From positions 1 to 57,515 of the IMG/VR virus record IMGVR_UViG_3300042549_001260: a DNA stretch of 57,515 bases, one strand, 5' to 3'. Made by a program: the position numbers and the translations under genes. Below are positions 27,685 through 36,052 of the stretch, piece after piece; position 1 is the first letter of the stretch, and each line of letters begins with the position of its first letter. This stretch comes from a virus (lineage: Duplodnaviria > Caudoviricetes). Under the pieces are notes generated by a model. It ran no database searches and was not told the DNA's origin. It was given only the letters and a program-made list of their open reading frames with translations.

Positions 27685-28087
27685 AATAGCCCCCATCATG
27701 GTAGGTCCAAGCATCGTGCATCATTGCTTCTTTACTGTCAACCTTACGCATTGCAGATAGGGGCACTCGTTCACCACTACCCAAGAATTCCAACACACAA
27801 GGCTGACGCACATCACCGGGAACCCGCAAGATACTTTCCTGCCCCGTCACATAATCTTGCACATGCTGGAAGTCCTTGGCAAGCACCATATAACTGCGTT
27901 CCATCACCCCATTATAAGAACCCATACAGAGAGAAACAGGTGACATATTGCCCAAGGCCCTCTGAGTATCAACATGACGCAGGAACTTGGCATTCACGTG
28001 CGGGTCACTGTCACTGTCTATTGCAAAGATGATACGTTCAAGCATACCAATTCTCCCTCTATCTGTTATCGCGTTGGCTTGATCCAT
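27674..28087 (-). CDS. First early gene, hypothetical
   Basis: First ORF after the early promoters. Confidence 0.7.
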   Translation of the reverse strand: MDQANAITDRGRIGMLERIIFAIDSDSDPHVNAKFLRHVDTQRALGNMSPVSLCMGSYNGVMERSYMVLAKDFQHVQDYVTGQESILRVPGDVRQPCVLEFLGSGERVPLSAMRKVDSKEAMMHDAWTYHDGGYYVC

Positions 28088-28191
28088 GAAAAGATACCCT
28101 TCGTCTGTCTGACATAAGATACCCTTGCAAGGATCAGGTAGAGAGTGCGCTTGTTAGAGATTTACTGTATCCCGTCGCACCCTCCTTCACC

Positions 28192-28224
28192 TATATATTT
28201 GGTCTGTCTTCGGCACTTGTCAAG
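28192..28224 (-). promoter_or_regulatory. Early sigma70-like promoter
   Basis: Minus strand A-tract, CTTGACA, then AATATATA. Confidence 0.55.
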
Positions 28225-28431
28225 CACCCTTTTATTTTAACGTCGGGAACCTAATCCGACCATGCTCTTTTCATATCCCCGCAAGGCAGCATTACCTTTG
28301 CTTTTCATCACTCCACATGATCGGCTTGCACCTAGTGAAACGGGGTCTTATTGCAATGTCAAAGAGCACGGGCCAAACACAGGTGGCCTTACTTCCTGTC
28401 GCTTATCTTGTGCAGCACTCATTGCCGCTTG

Positions 28432-28476
28432 TCCTTACTCTGGCATTTACTCGAAACCGTGTCAACTGTCTTTTTT
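28432..28476 (-). promoter_or_regulatory. Duplicated early promoter, copy 1
   Basis: AAAAAAGACAG-TTGACA-N17-CAGAGT-AAGGA. Confidence 0.7.
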
Positions 28477-28597
28477 GATGGATTGTTAAGGCCCATCTCC
28501 ACGTTGTCGAATGCGGTCATACGCTTGCACATCTCAACTATAGCTAGGCCATAGTCCCGTATCCAAGATGCTAGGCAATGTCGCCATCACTTCGCTT

Positions 28598-28642
28598 TCC
28601 TTACTCTGGCATTTACTTTTTATTGTGTCAACTGTCTTTTTT
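28598..28642 (-). promoter_or_regulatory. Duplicated early promoter, copy 2
   Basis: Identical to copy 1 except within the spacer. Confidence 0.7.
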
Positions 28643-28765
28643 CTTCTCGTCGCTTGCTAGGGCTTGCTTCCACTTAGCTAGGTCTTATCGGATGAAAGAT
28701 TTCTTGGGGCTTGCTATTCACTTGCTTATCCAGATCGTCGTTTCATTCCGTCTTTCGATGTATTC

Positions 28766-28795
28766 ACTAGACGCTATCCCGAAAAAGATTGCAAG
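28766..28795 (-). promoter_or_regulatory. Outermost early promoter
   Basis: TTGCAA-N17-TCTAGT. Confidence 0.45.
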
Positions 28796-28867
28796 CGGAA
28801 AAATGCAAGGTAATGTCGAATTCTATTTCTTGAATGTGATGACCTGATCTTGGATATAGGAACACGC

Positions 28868-28980
28868 GCACATCACGCGCAGGCACAGGCGAGCACATCA
28901 CGCGCAGGCACAGGCGAGCACATCACGCGCAGGCACAGGCGAGCACATCACGCGCAGGCACAGGCGAGCACATCACGCGC
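28868..28980. repeat. Perfect 25-bp tandem repeat, 4.5 copies
   Basis: Unit gcacatcacgcgcaggcacaggcga at 28868, 28893, 28918, 28943 and partial at 28968. Confidence 0.97.
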
Positions 28981-29580
28981 GCGTATACGTGGGGGAATTG
29001 TTTTGAGCTTAAAAGATTTGAATATGTGGTGCATCCTTCTGTCTATCTAGTGATAGGTCAGCAATACTGACTGATTTCTTCCCGTCCTAGTCGAATTAAG
29101 AAAGTTACATTCTATAAGAATCTGAATGTTATCAGCATGTTAGCATATACTAGGCCAAGTCTTTTTAATAATATAAGTGACCTAGTAGGATTGCAGGCAT
29201 AGAGGGGCGGGCATGGGCCATGGCGGGGGTGCCTGATAGCGTATACCCACAATGCCAGCGGGGAGATTTTTGTAGTTCTGTTAACCAGAAAAAGGCCCAG
29301 TGGTTAACACTATGTATTTCTTTACCAGTTGGTCAAAAATGGGAGATAGTTGTAGAGGCTCTAGAAAGGCCCTCACAGAGCGATCTCTTGTCTTGGCTAT
29401 GGTGACCTAGAAAAGGTGGAGGTGCATATCTGGCGGCTTTCTTTGGGGCTGTTTTGCTTATCTTTGAGTGTTACCACAGACGGCGGGGGATTACGTAGGG
29501 TTGGAGCTTGGGTCGAACTCCTTGACCGGACAATTTGCTATAGGAAGAGTAAATATTTATAGAAAAAGGTGAGGAGACCT

Positions 29581-29609
29581 CTTGACAAACGACAGAAAAG
29601 CGGTATATT
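29581..29609 (+). promoter_or_regulatory. Promoter firing into the palindromic tract
   Basis: CTTGAC-N17-TATATT. Confidence 0.65.
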
Positions 29610-29863
29610 ACATTAAGAGATACATAATGTATACCTTCAAGAAGCTTGATGTATCTCATAATGAAGCCTGATGAGATAGCTTCAAGAGTACCTTAGAGTA
29701 TACTTAAGTACTTATTACCTTTAAGTAATTATATAATAATAAGGAATTCATAAAGGATACCTTATGAAGCTTAAGGTAGGAACATTATGTATCTCTTAAT
29801 GTATATACGTAGGTAGGACAAACAAGATTTCAAGTACCTTAAGGTAATTTATTTTCTGTCGTT
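29588..29863. repeat. Nested long inverted repeat, AT-rich
   Basis: 22-bp perfect IR 29609-29630/29782-29803; outer 12-bp IR 29588-29599/29852-29863; internal TACTTAAGTA and TACCTTAAGGTA palindromes. Confidence 0.9.
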
Positions 29864-29925
29864 CATCTGTCGTTCACCTAACGTTCATCTAACCCCAACT
29901 TTCTCCCTGAAAAACCAAGATAAGG

Positions 29926-29956
29926 CTTGACTCCAAGAAGCCTAAGGATATAACTA
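29926..29956 (+). promoter_or_regulatory. Late-arm promoter
   Basis: CTTGAC-N17-TATAACTA, same pattern as 43290-43320; ATG follows within a few nt (possibly leaderless). Confidence 0.7.
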
Positions 29957-29960
29957 GCAA

Positions 29961-30203
29961 ATGAAATACTTCGCAGACGATGATGTACTCACTAACTTCT
30001 ACAATGCTCTTGCAGACAAGGATGAGGGCAGGCTAAGACGTGTACACATTCCCCGATCCGATGTGTTCTATGTTCGTGAAGCTATCTTCCAAAGGTCTGG
30101 CGAAAGGTACTCCTTAGACAGGGTGGAGAGGGCAATGTATCTTGAAGGGCACCTCAAAAAGAAGGATGTCTTTGAACCAGAGAGAAAGAGAGATTGGGAA
30201 TGA
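29961..30203 (+). CDS. Hypothetical protein, first gene of the late arm
   Basis: ORF directly after the promoter. Confidence 0.75.
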   Translation: MKYFADDDVLTNFYNALADKDEGRLRRVHIPRSDVFYVREAIFQRSGERYSLDRVERAMYLEGHLKKKDVFEPERKRDWE

Positions 30204-30631
30204 CAGACTTCAGCCTTGGACCTAAGTCTCGACAAAAGCTGGAAGGGATTCACTCAGACCTTGTGGCTGTCGTTGAGAGAGCAATCAAGATCACTGAGAG
30301 AGACTTTACGGTGATTGAGGGTCTCAGGACAAAGGAGCGTCAGGCTCAACTTTTTGCTGCTAAGAAGTCCAAGACGATGAACTCAAGGCACCTGACTGGT
30401 CATGCTGTTGACCTCGGACCTTGGCCTCTGAATGGTGATTTCGATGAAGATGGTATTTTGAATATTGCTGATTGGGATGAGTATTACCCTATTGCTGATG
30501 CAATGAAACAAGCTGCTTCTGACCTTGGTGTAAAGATTGTTTGGGGTGGTGACTGGAAAGGTTTTCCAGATGGCCCTCATTTTGAACTTGATCGTAAGGT
30601 CTACTCAGCGCTCTCCTCTGGAGTAGCATGA
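30200..30631 (+). CDS. Endolysin, M15 family L-Ala-D-Glu peptidase
   Basis: EGLRT, SRHLTGHAVD, WGGDW..F.DGPHFEL. Confidence 0.93.
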   Translation: MTDFSLGPKSRQKLEGIHSDLVAVVERAIKITERDFTVIEGLRTKERQAQLFAAKKSKTMNSRHLTGHAVDLGPWPLNGDFDEDGILNIADWDEYYPIADAMKQAASDLGVKIVWGGDWKGFPDGPHFELDRKVYSALSSGVA

Positions 30632-30897
30632 GCATGAGCAACGAAGAGTCATGGCACTTGTCCAAATCAATTCCTCTTACCCTTGTATTCGCCATCTTCT
30701 GTCAGACGGTTGCTCTGATCTGGTTTGTTGCTAGTCTACGTAATGATATTGACTACGCTCAAAAAGAACTTGTACGGCAGGATACCAGAATCAATACACT
30801 GGAAGAGACTGTCCAGAATCAGGCTGTCACCATGGGTCGCATTGATGAGAATATCAAAGCAATCAGGGGTGCAGTAGAGGCCATGGCTGTAAAATGA
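30628..30897 (+). CDS. Single-TM coiled-coil protein (holin-like)
   Basis: One TM helix plus coiled coil, inside the lysis cassette. Confidence 0.55.
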   Translation: MSMSNEESWHLSKSIPLTLVFAIFCQTVALIWFVASLRNDIDYAQKELVRQDTRINTLEETVQNQAVTMGRIDENIKAIRGAVEAMAVK

Positions 30898-31181
30898 AAA
30901 CCTACAAACGAGAGCTTGCTATAGTCCTCTTGGTCTGGCTGGCTTACGTTGTAGAGGTGAAGGAAACTAGCCTTGTTGAAATCCTTGTCTGGCCTGTCTT
31001 CACCTTCGCTGCTCTTTCTTTTGGGTTGGATTGGTTTGGTAAGTCTCCTTCCGGGATGCAGCAATTTACCAATGAAACTACTGACCGGGGGGGGGCCCAA
31101 CGTAGCGGCAAACGTACAAGCAGGGAAGACAAACTCCCAAACGCTAGGGACTACGAGGATCACGGAGCAGAAGACAAATAA
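30894..31181 (+). CDS. Two-TM membrane protein (holin candidate)
   Basis: Two hydrophobic helices, charged tail. Confidence 0.55.
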   Translation: MKTYKRELAIVLLVWLAYVVEVKETSLVEILVWPVFTFAALSFGLDWFGKSPSGMQQFTNETTDRGGAQRSGKRTSREDKLPNARDYEDHGAEDK

Positions 31182-31359
31182 TGGTGACATCAAGTCTGTA
31201 GAGTCTAAGGTTTCAGCGGAGCAAGTTGAGAAAGTTGTTGTCAATGAGGTTCAGCCGTGGGTTATTCTACTCCTGATTCTAGGGTGGTTACTCCCCTCAC
31301 CGAATGAAATTGGCAGATGGATCACAAATCTCTTTAAGAGGAAGAAAGATGCCCAGTGA
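30973..31359 (+). CDS. Lipoprotein with C-terminal TM (unimolecular spanin candidate)
   Basis: Lipobox LPGC plus C-terminal PWVILLLILGWLL; start uncertain. Confidence 0.65.
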   Translation: MLKSLSGLSSPSLLFLLGWIGLVSLLPGCSNLPMKLLTGGGPNVAANVQAGKTNSQTLGTTRITEQKTNNGDIKSVESKVSAEQVEKVVVNEVQPWVILLLILGWLLPSPNEIGRWITNLFKRKKDAQ

Positions 31360-31639
31360 AAAAGACCCCAGACTAGCCAGAGCAGGTGTTGCGGGCTTCA
31401 ATAAGCCTAAAAGAACCCCCGATCACCCCAAGAAGTCCCACATTGTGGTGGCAAAAGAGGGTGATAAGGTCAAAACTATCAGGTTTGGTGAGCAGGGTGC
31501 TAGTACTGCGGGTGCTCCCAAGGCTGGTGAGGCTGACAAGATGAAGAAAAAGAGAGCCTCCTTCAAGGCTAGGCACTCAAAGAACATCGCAAAGGGCAAA
31601 ATGTCTGCTGCGTTCTGGGCTGATAAAGAAAAATGGTAG
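31349..31639 (+). CDS. Small basic conserved phage protein
   Basis: NKPKRTP.HPKKSH, IRFG, SFKARH, SAAFWA..KW. Confidence 0.8.
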   Translation: MPSEKDPRLARAGVAGFNKPKRTPDHPKKSHIVVAKEGDKVKTIRFGEQGASTAGAPKAGEADKMKKKRASFKARHSKNIAKGKMSAAFWADKEKW

Positions 31640-31899
31640 ATAAAACAAGAAATTACAAGTCAGAGTACGCTAATTATCACGCGAAGCCCGAACAGCGGGA
31701 GCGTAACAATGCTCGTAAACGTGCTCGTTATGACTTAGAGAAGAAGGGTACAGTGTCCAAGGGGGATGGTAAAGACATCGACCACAAAGATGGTAACCCC
31801 AAGAACGGAAAACCTAAAAACCTTCGTGTAGTCACCAAGACTGCCAATCGGTCTTTTCCTAGAACAAAGACTGCAGCCAAGAAAAACCCAAAGGACTAA
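31633..31899 (+). CDS. Small HNH endonuclease-like protein
   Basis: DIDHKDGNPKN...NLRV.....NR. Confidence 0.8.
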   Translation: MVDKTRNYKSEYANYHAKPEQRERNNARKRARYDLEKKGTVSKGDGKDIDHKDGNPKNGKPKNLRVVTKTANRSFPRTKTAAKKNPKD

Positions 31900-31901
31900 T
31901 C

Positions 31902-32072
31902 ATGCCTCTTACCTCTAAGGGTAAAAAGATCAAGGCTGCTATGCAGAAAGAATATGGTAAGAAGGCCGGAGAAAAAGTCTTCTACGCCACCGCACAGCGC
32001 AGCGAGCAAGGCTCTTTAGAAAACAAGGGCACCATTAAGGGTGTCACCAAACCCCGGAGAAAAGACAAATGA
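31902..32072 (+). CDS. 56-aa basic protein (absent from the ORF track)
   Basis: MPLTSKGKKIKAAMQKEYGKKAGEKVFYATAQRSEQGSLENKGTIKGVTKPRRKDK. Confidence 0.75.
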   Translation: MPLTSKGKKIKAAMQKEYGKKAGEKVFYATAQRSEQGSLENKGTIKGVTKPRRKDK

Positions 32073-32299
32073 TGTACGGTAAACCAAAAGCTGCTAAGCC
32101 TAAGAAACCTGCACCCAAAAAAGGTATGGCTATGGGTGGTATGGCCATGGTCAATAAAGATGGCAAGAAGGTTCCTGCATTTGCTGCAGATGGCATTGGT
32201 AAAATGGCTTACGGCGGTATGACTAAGAAGGGCTACAATAAGGGCGGCATGGCTAACTGTGGCGCTTCGATGAAACCCGCTCAAGGTAAAGGCAAATAA
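32069..32299 (+). CDS. Small basic protein with three xxxGGM motifs
   Basis: MAMGGM, MAYGGM, YNKGGM. Confidence 0.75.
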   Translation: MMYGKPKAAKPKKPAPKKGMAMGGMAMVNKDGKKVPAFAADGIGKMAYGGMTKKGYNKGGMANCGASMKPAQGKGK

Positions 32300-32301
32300 T
32301 C

Positions 32302-32406
32302 ATGGCTAAGAAACCTACACCCAAATTCACTCCCTGCAAGTCTTGCCCTGCACCAGCCAAGTGTAAGGCAATGGGTTCCTGCATGGCTAAAAAAGGTAAG
32401 AAGTAG
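32302..32406 (+). CDS. 34-aa basic four-Cys peptide
   Basis: MAKKPTPKFTPCKSCPAPAKCKAMGSCMAKKGKK. Confidence 0.65.
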   Translation: MAKKPTPKFTPCKSCPAPAKCKAMGSCMAKKGKK

Positions 32407-32408
32407 TC

Positions 32409-33017
32409 ATGGCTAAGAAGCTTAAAGATGTCAATAAAGATGGCAAGGTAAACTTTAAGGACACTTGGCTTGGTGAGCGCCTGTCTACCAAAGGTAAACT
32501 TAAAGGGCCTAACCTTGCGGAGTCTCTTAAGGGTGCTCGTCGTGAAGTTCCCGGTGAAGAAAAGAAATCGACTACCTCCACTAAGCCTTCTGCCTCCATT
32601 AAGCCTGAGTCCTCTCAAAAGAAAAATAAAGTTACGGCCACTGCCAAGGCTTCTGGTTCTGTTGTGCCAACAGGTACGGCTTCAGCAAAAGCCACAGTTA
32701 AGGTTCCCTCTAAGCCTAAAAGTAAATCTACAACTGGTGAACCTCTACGCACTGCATTGAAAAGTGTAGGCCCAGTTGGAGGTAGGGTATCTTTTCCCGG
32801 ATCAAGTCTATCTAATGAGCGGACGGATAGAAGAATAACCAAGGACACCGCGAGACCGTCTTTTGATGTCAATTACGATCAGTGGCTAAAGATGACACCA
32901 GCAAAGCGAAAAGAACTTGGTCTCCCTGCAACTTATGGGCTTGTGCAACGAATGCTTGGTACTAAGATGAATACCCAAACAAAGAACAGATTTAAGTTCT
33001 ACAATAAAGAAGACTAA
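32409..33017 (+). CDS. Lys/Ser/Thr-rich basic protein
   Basis: N-terminal DVNKDGKVNFKD EF-hand/dockerin-like loop, low-complexity middle. Confidence 0.7.
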   Translation: MAKKLKDVNKDGKVNFKDTWLGERLSTKGKLKGPNLAESLKGARREVPGEEKKSTTSTKPSASIKPESSQKKNKVTATAKASGSVVPTGTASAKATVKVPSKPKSKSTTGEPLRTALKSVGPVGGRVSFPGSSLSNERTDRRITKDTARPSFDVNYDQWLKMTPAKRKELGLPATYGLVQRMLGTKMNTQTKNRFKFYNKED

Positions 33018-33020
33018 GTA

Positions 33021-33374
33021 ATGGCAGAAGTTAGGGCAATCTCTCACGTAATTGCGTGTACAACTGCAGCGACTCATGTCCTGTATAGATGTCCGCTCAA
33101 TTGCAGGTCAAAGATTCCCCTAGTTTTCTTTACCAATGCTGGTGGAAACAATACAGTCTCACTGAAGTGGTACAGAAAAGCTGACAATGCTACCTACTAT
33201 ATCATTGGTGGTAAGAATATGAGCACAGGGGAGTTTATACAACTCTCTCAGAGCTACATTGTACTGGACCCTGAAGATCGTCTAGAGATTGTCTTGGGGT
33301 CTAGTGGAACTGTGGATGCACTCTGCACTGCAGAAGAACTCTTTACTGCCAATACGACAAGGCCACAGTCATGA
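33021..33374 (+). CDS. Putative beta-rich structural protein
   Basis: LY.CP...L.P.D.L pattern. Confidence 0.6.
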   Translation: MAEVRAISHVIACTTAATHVLYRCPLNCRSKIPLVFFTNAGGNNTVSLKWYRKADNATYYIIGGKNMSTGEFIQLSQSYIVLDPEDRLEIVLGSSGTVDALCTAEELFTANTTRPQS

Positions 33375-33544
33375 CATCTAAAGTTAATCAAGCAGGCAAT
33401 TACACTAAACCCACCATGCGTAAGCAACTCTTCAATACTATTAAGGCTGGGAGTAAGGGCGGCGCTCCGGGTCAGTGGTCTGCAAGAAAAGCGCAGATGT
33501 TGGCTAAGCAGTATAAAGCCAAGGGCGGAGGGTACAAAGATTGA
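33371..33544 (+). CDS. 57-aa basic protein (GQWSARKAQ family)
   Basis: Own translation: NYTKPTMRK...KGGAPGQWSARKAQMLAKQYKAKGGGY. Confidence 0.8.
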   Translation: MTSKVNQAGNYTKPTMRKQLFNTIKAGSKGGAPGQWSARKAQMLAKQYKAKGGGYKD

Positions 33545-33789
33545 GCGACCCTCAAAAAAGCCTCAGGAAGTGGACAAAAGAAGAGTGGGGAACCAAAAGC
33601 GGTAAGCCCTCTACTCAAGGTCCAAAAGCTACTGGGGAACGGTATCTGCCCAAGAAGGCCAGAGAAGTTCTTTCTAAAGAAGAGTATGCCCGTACCAGTG
33701 CGAAGAAAAGAGAAGACACCAAGAAAGGGAAGCAGTTCTCCAAGCAGCCCGAAAGTGTTGCAAAGAAAACAGCGAGGTTCCGCAAATGA
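33541..33789 (+). CDS. Small basic protein, probable partner of the preceding gene
   Basis: QKSL.KWTKE.W.TKSG...RYLP. Confidence 0.8.
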   Translation: MSDPQKSLRKWTKEEWGTKSGKPSTQGPKATGERYLPKKAREVLSKEEYARTSAKKREDTKKGKQFSKQPESVAKKTARFRK

Positions 33790-34148
33790 CTAAACAGCTT
33801 ACCGAGATGCAACAGAAGTTCCTTGATGTCCTCTTCGAAGAGGCTCGGGGTGACTACGTTAAGGCCAAGAAGCTGGCTGGCTACAGCGACACATACTCCA
33901 CCAAGCACATCGTTGAGTCCATTGAGGATGAGATTGCAGAACTCACCAAGAAGTTCATCACTCGTGTTGGTGTTAAGGCTGCATACAGCATGTACGAAGT
34001 GATTGTTGACCCTACTGCACTCGGCAACAAAGAGAAGATGGCTGCAGCTAAGGATTTGCTTGATCGTGGTGGCTTCAAGGCTAGGGATGAAGTTAAGATC
34101 GAGTCTGATATTCCACTCTTTATTCTCCCTTCCAAGAAAAGCGATTGA
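33786..34148 (+). CDS. Putative terminase small subunit
   Basis: LTE.Q.KF...A...AGYS HTH, AAKDLLDR.G; upstream of TerL. Confidence 0.6.
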   Translation: MTKQLTEMQQKFLDVLFEEARGDYVKAKKLAGYSDTYSTKHIVESIEDEIAELTKKFITRVGVKAAYSMYEVIVDPTALGNKEKMAAAKDLLDRGGFKARDEVKIESDIPLFILPSKKSD

Positions 34149-34179
34149 CAGCTTGTGTCGTTAGTAGTATAAGTATCTC

Positions 34180-34641
34180 ATGCCAAAAATCAAAACAGAA
34201 TGGAAGCTACCAAAACCTATCGACCATGGTGACCACTTCGAGTGGAAGCCTGTTGTCAGAAGCGGTAGAATTATGCCCTTCGGGTACAGAGAAGACCCTA
34301 AAGACCCGGATGTACTACTCCCTATTCCAAAAGAGCTGGAACTTCTTGAGCAAGCAAAAAGGCACCTCAAGAAGTACTCTTATAGAGCAGTTGCAGCTTG
34401 GTTGAGTGAGCAGAGTGGTAGACCCATTTCCCACGTAGGTCTGTATAAGAGGATTAAGCTTGAGTACAAACGTAAGACAGACGCTGCAAACCAACGCTAT
34501 TTTGCCGAAAAGTACAAAACGGCCCTCGAAAAAGCCGAAAGACTTGAAGCAAAAATTGGTGGAAGTGCAATCAGAACCAGTACCAGTACCAGCACCAGCG
34601 GAGAACAAGACCTACGCGCAGGCGATCCCACCGAAGTTTGA
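34180..34641 (+). CDS. HTH DNA-binding protein (recombinase-domain-like)
   Basis: PFGY...P...E......SYR.VA.WL...G. Confidence 0.6.
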   Translation: MPKIKTEWKLPKPIDHGDHFEWKPVVRSGRIMPFGYREDPKDPDVLLPIPKELELLEQAKRHLKKYSYRAVAAWLSEQSGRPISHVGLYKRIKLEYKRKTDAANQRYFAEKYKTALEKAERLEAKIGGSAIRTSTSTSTSGEQDLRAGDPTEV

Positions 34642-36046
34642 TGTTGAGAAGGCTAGGGAAGTTATCTTCCAACCCAACCCCGGACCTCAGACAGAGTTCT
34701 TGTCTGCAGATGAGCAAGAGGTTCTCTATGGTGGTGCAGCAGGTGGTGGTAAATCCTACGCCATGTTGGCAGACCCAGTACGTTATCTAAACAATGAACA
34801 CGCCAAGATGCTTTTGGTGCGTAAGTCTACAGAAGAACTTAGAGAACTAATTTCTGTTTCGAAGATGCTGTATCCCAGAGCTATTCCGGGGATTAAGTTT
34901 TTAGAGAGAGACAAGACTTGGGTAGCACCTTCTGGAGCAACACTCTGGATGAGCTACCTAGACTCAGATGATGACGTTACTCGCTATCAAGGTCAGGCAT
35001 ACAACTGGATTGGTTTCGACGAACTTACCCAGTGGTCTAGTCCCTACGCTTGGAACTATATGCGTTCTCGTCTCAGGACAACTCGTGATAGCGGCCTCAA
35101 GCTGTACCAGAGAGCTACAACCAACCCCGGAGGGGCAGGACACCACTGGGTTAAGAAAGCCTTCATTGATCCCTCACCTCCCGGTAAAGTATTCTGGGCT
35201 ATCGACCCGGAGACAGGTGAAACTCTGCAGTGGCCCAAAGGTCATTCCCGAGGGGGAGAGCCACTCTTTCAAAGACGATTTATTCCTGCAACCCTCTTCG
35301 ATAACCCCTACTTGGCCGATGATGGTATGTACGAAGCCAACCTCTTGTCTCTCCCTGAGCACCAGAGAAAACAGCTTCTGGAGGGTAATTGGGATACTGC
35401 AGAGGGTGCTGCTTTCCCGGAGTTTAATCGTAGATTGCATGTCATTGACCCGTTTGAAATCCCTACTAGCTGGCCAAGATTTCGTGCTGCTGACTACGGG
35501 TATAGTTCTTATACTGGTGTTCTCTGGTTTGCTGTAGCCCCCGATGAGCAACTGGTTGTGTACCGTGAGTTGTACGTCTCGAAGGTTCTTGCAGAAGATT
35601 TGGCAGACAGGATTCTGGGAGAAGAGTCTGGGGAAAAGATGCGTTATGGTGTTCTTGACTCCTCCCTCTGGCACAAGCGTGGGGATACTGGGCCTAGCAT
35701 TGCTGAACGTATGATCTTAAAGGGATGCCGCTGGCGTCCTTCAGACAGAAGTAAGGGTTCTCGTATCGCAGGTAAGAACGAAATCCACAGGCGTTTGCAA
35801 CATGATGCTTACACAGATGCACCCAGAATGGTTATCTTCAATACTTGTAAGAACCTGATCTCTCAACTGCCATCTCTTCCCCTAGATAAAACTAACCCAG
35901 AAGATGTAGACACCAAGGCAGAAGATCACCTGTACGATGCCCTGAGATACGGGGTTATGACTCGCCCGAGAAGTGGTCTATTTGATCTCGACCCTAACTC
36001 TGGCAGAACTGGCTTTCAGATCGCTGACAGTACTTTCGGCTACTAA
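34460..36046 (+). CDS. terL: Terminase large subunit
   Basis: Walker A YGGAAGGGKS, Walker B GFDELTQ, TTNPGG, nuclease DYGY...DHLYDALRY; start uncertain. Confidence 0.95.
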   Translation: MSTNVRQTLQTNAILPKSTKRPSKKPKDLKQKLVEVQSEPVPVPAPAENKTYAQAIPPKFDVEKAREVIFQPNPGPQTEFLSADEQEVLYGGAAGGGKSYAMLADPVRYLNNEHAKMLLVRKSTEELRELISVSKMLYPRAIPGIKFLERDKTWVAPSGATLWMSYLDSDDDVTRYQGQAYNWIGFDELTQWSSPYAWNYMRSRLRTTRDSGLKLYQRATTNPGGAGHHWVKKAFIDPSPPGKVFWAIDPETGETLQWPKGHSRGGEPLFQRRFIPATLFDNPYLADDGMYEANLLSLPEHQRKQLLEGNWDTAEGAAFPEFNRRLHVIDPFEIPTSWPRFRAADYGYSSYTGVLWFAVAPDEQLVVYRELYVSKVLAEDLADRILGEESGEKMRYGVLDSSLWHKRGDTGPSIAERMILKGCRWRPSDRSKGSRIAGKNEIHRRLQHDAYTDAPRMVIFNTCKNLISQLPSLPLDKTNPEDVDTKAEDHLYDALRYGVMTRPRSGLFDLDPNSGRTGFQIADSTFGY

Positions 36047-36052
36047 CACAAA

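Noticed and set aside
25095-28087. T7-like single-subunit RNA polymerase in the early region
   Set aside because: No ORF of suitable size or motifs; all promoters found are host sigma70-type
28868-28980. CRISPR mini-array
   Set aside because: Units are contiguous and identical with no spacers; no cas operon (the Cas4-like nuclease is an ordinary replication-module gene)
29281-29308. CtrA binding box
   Set aside because: TTAA half-sites are 19 nt apart rather than the canonical 7
29668-29700. Hammerhead ribozyme core CTGATGA (also ctgatcc...gaaa at 43436-50)
   Set aside because: No stem II followed by GAAA at the first site; the core is non-consensus at the second
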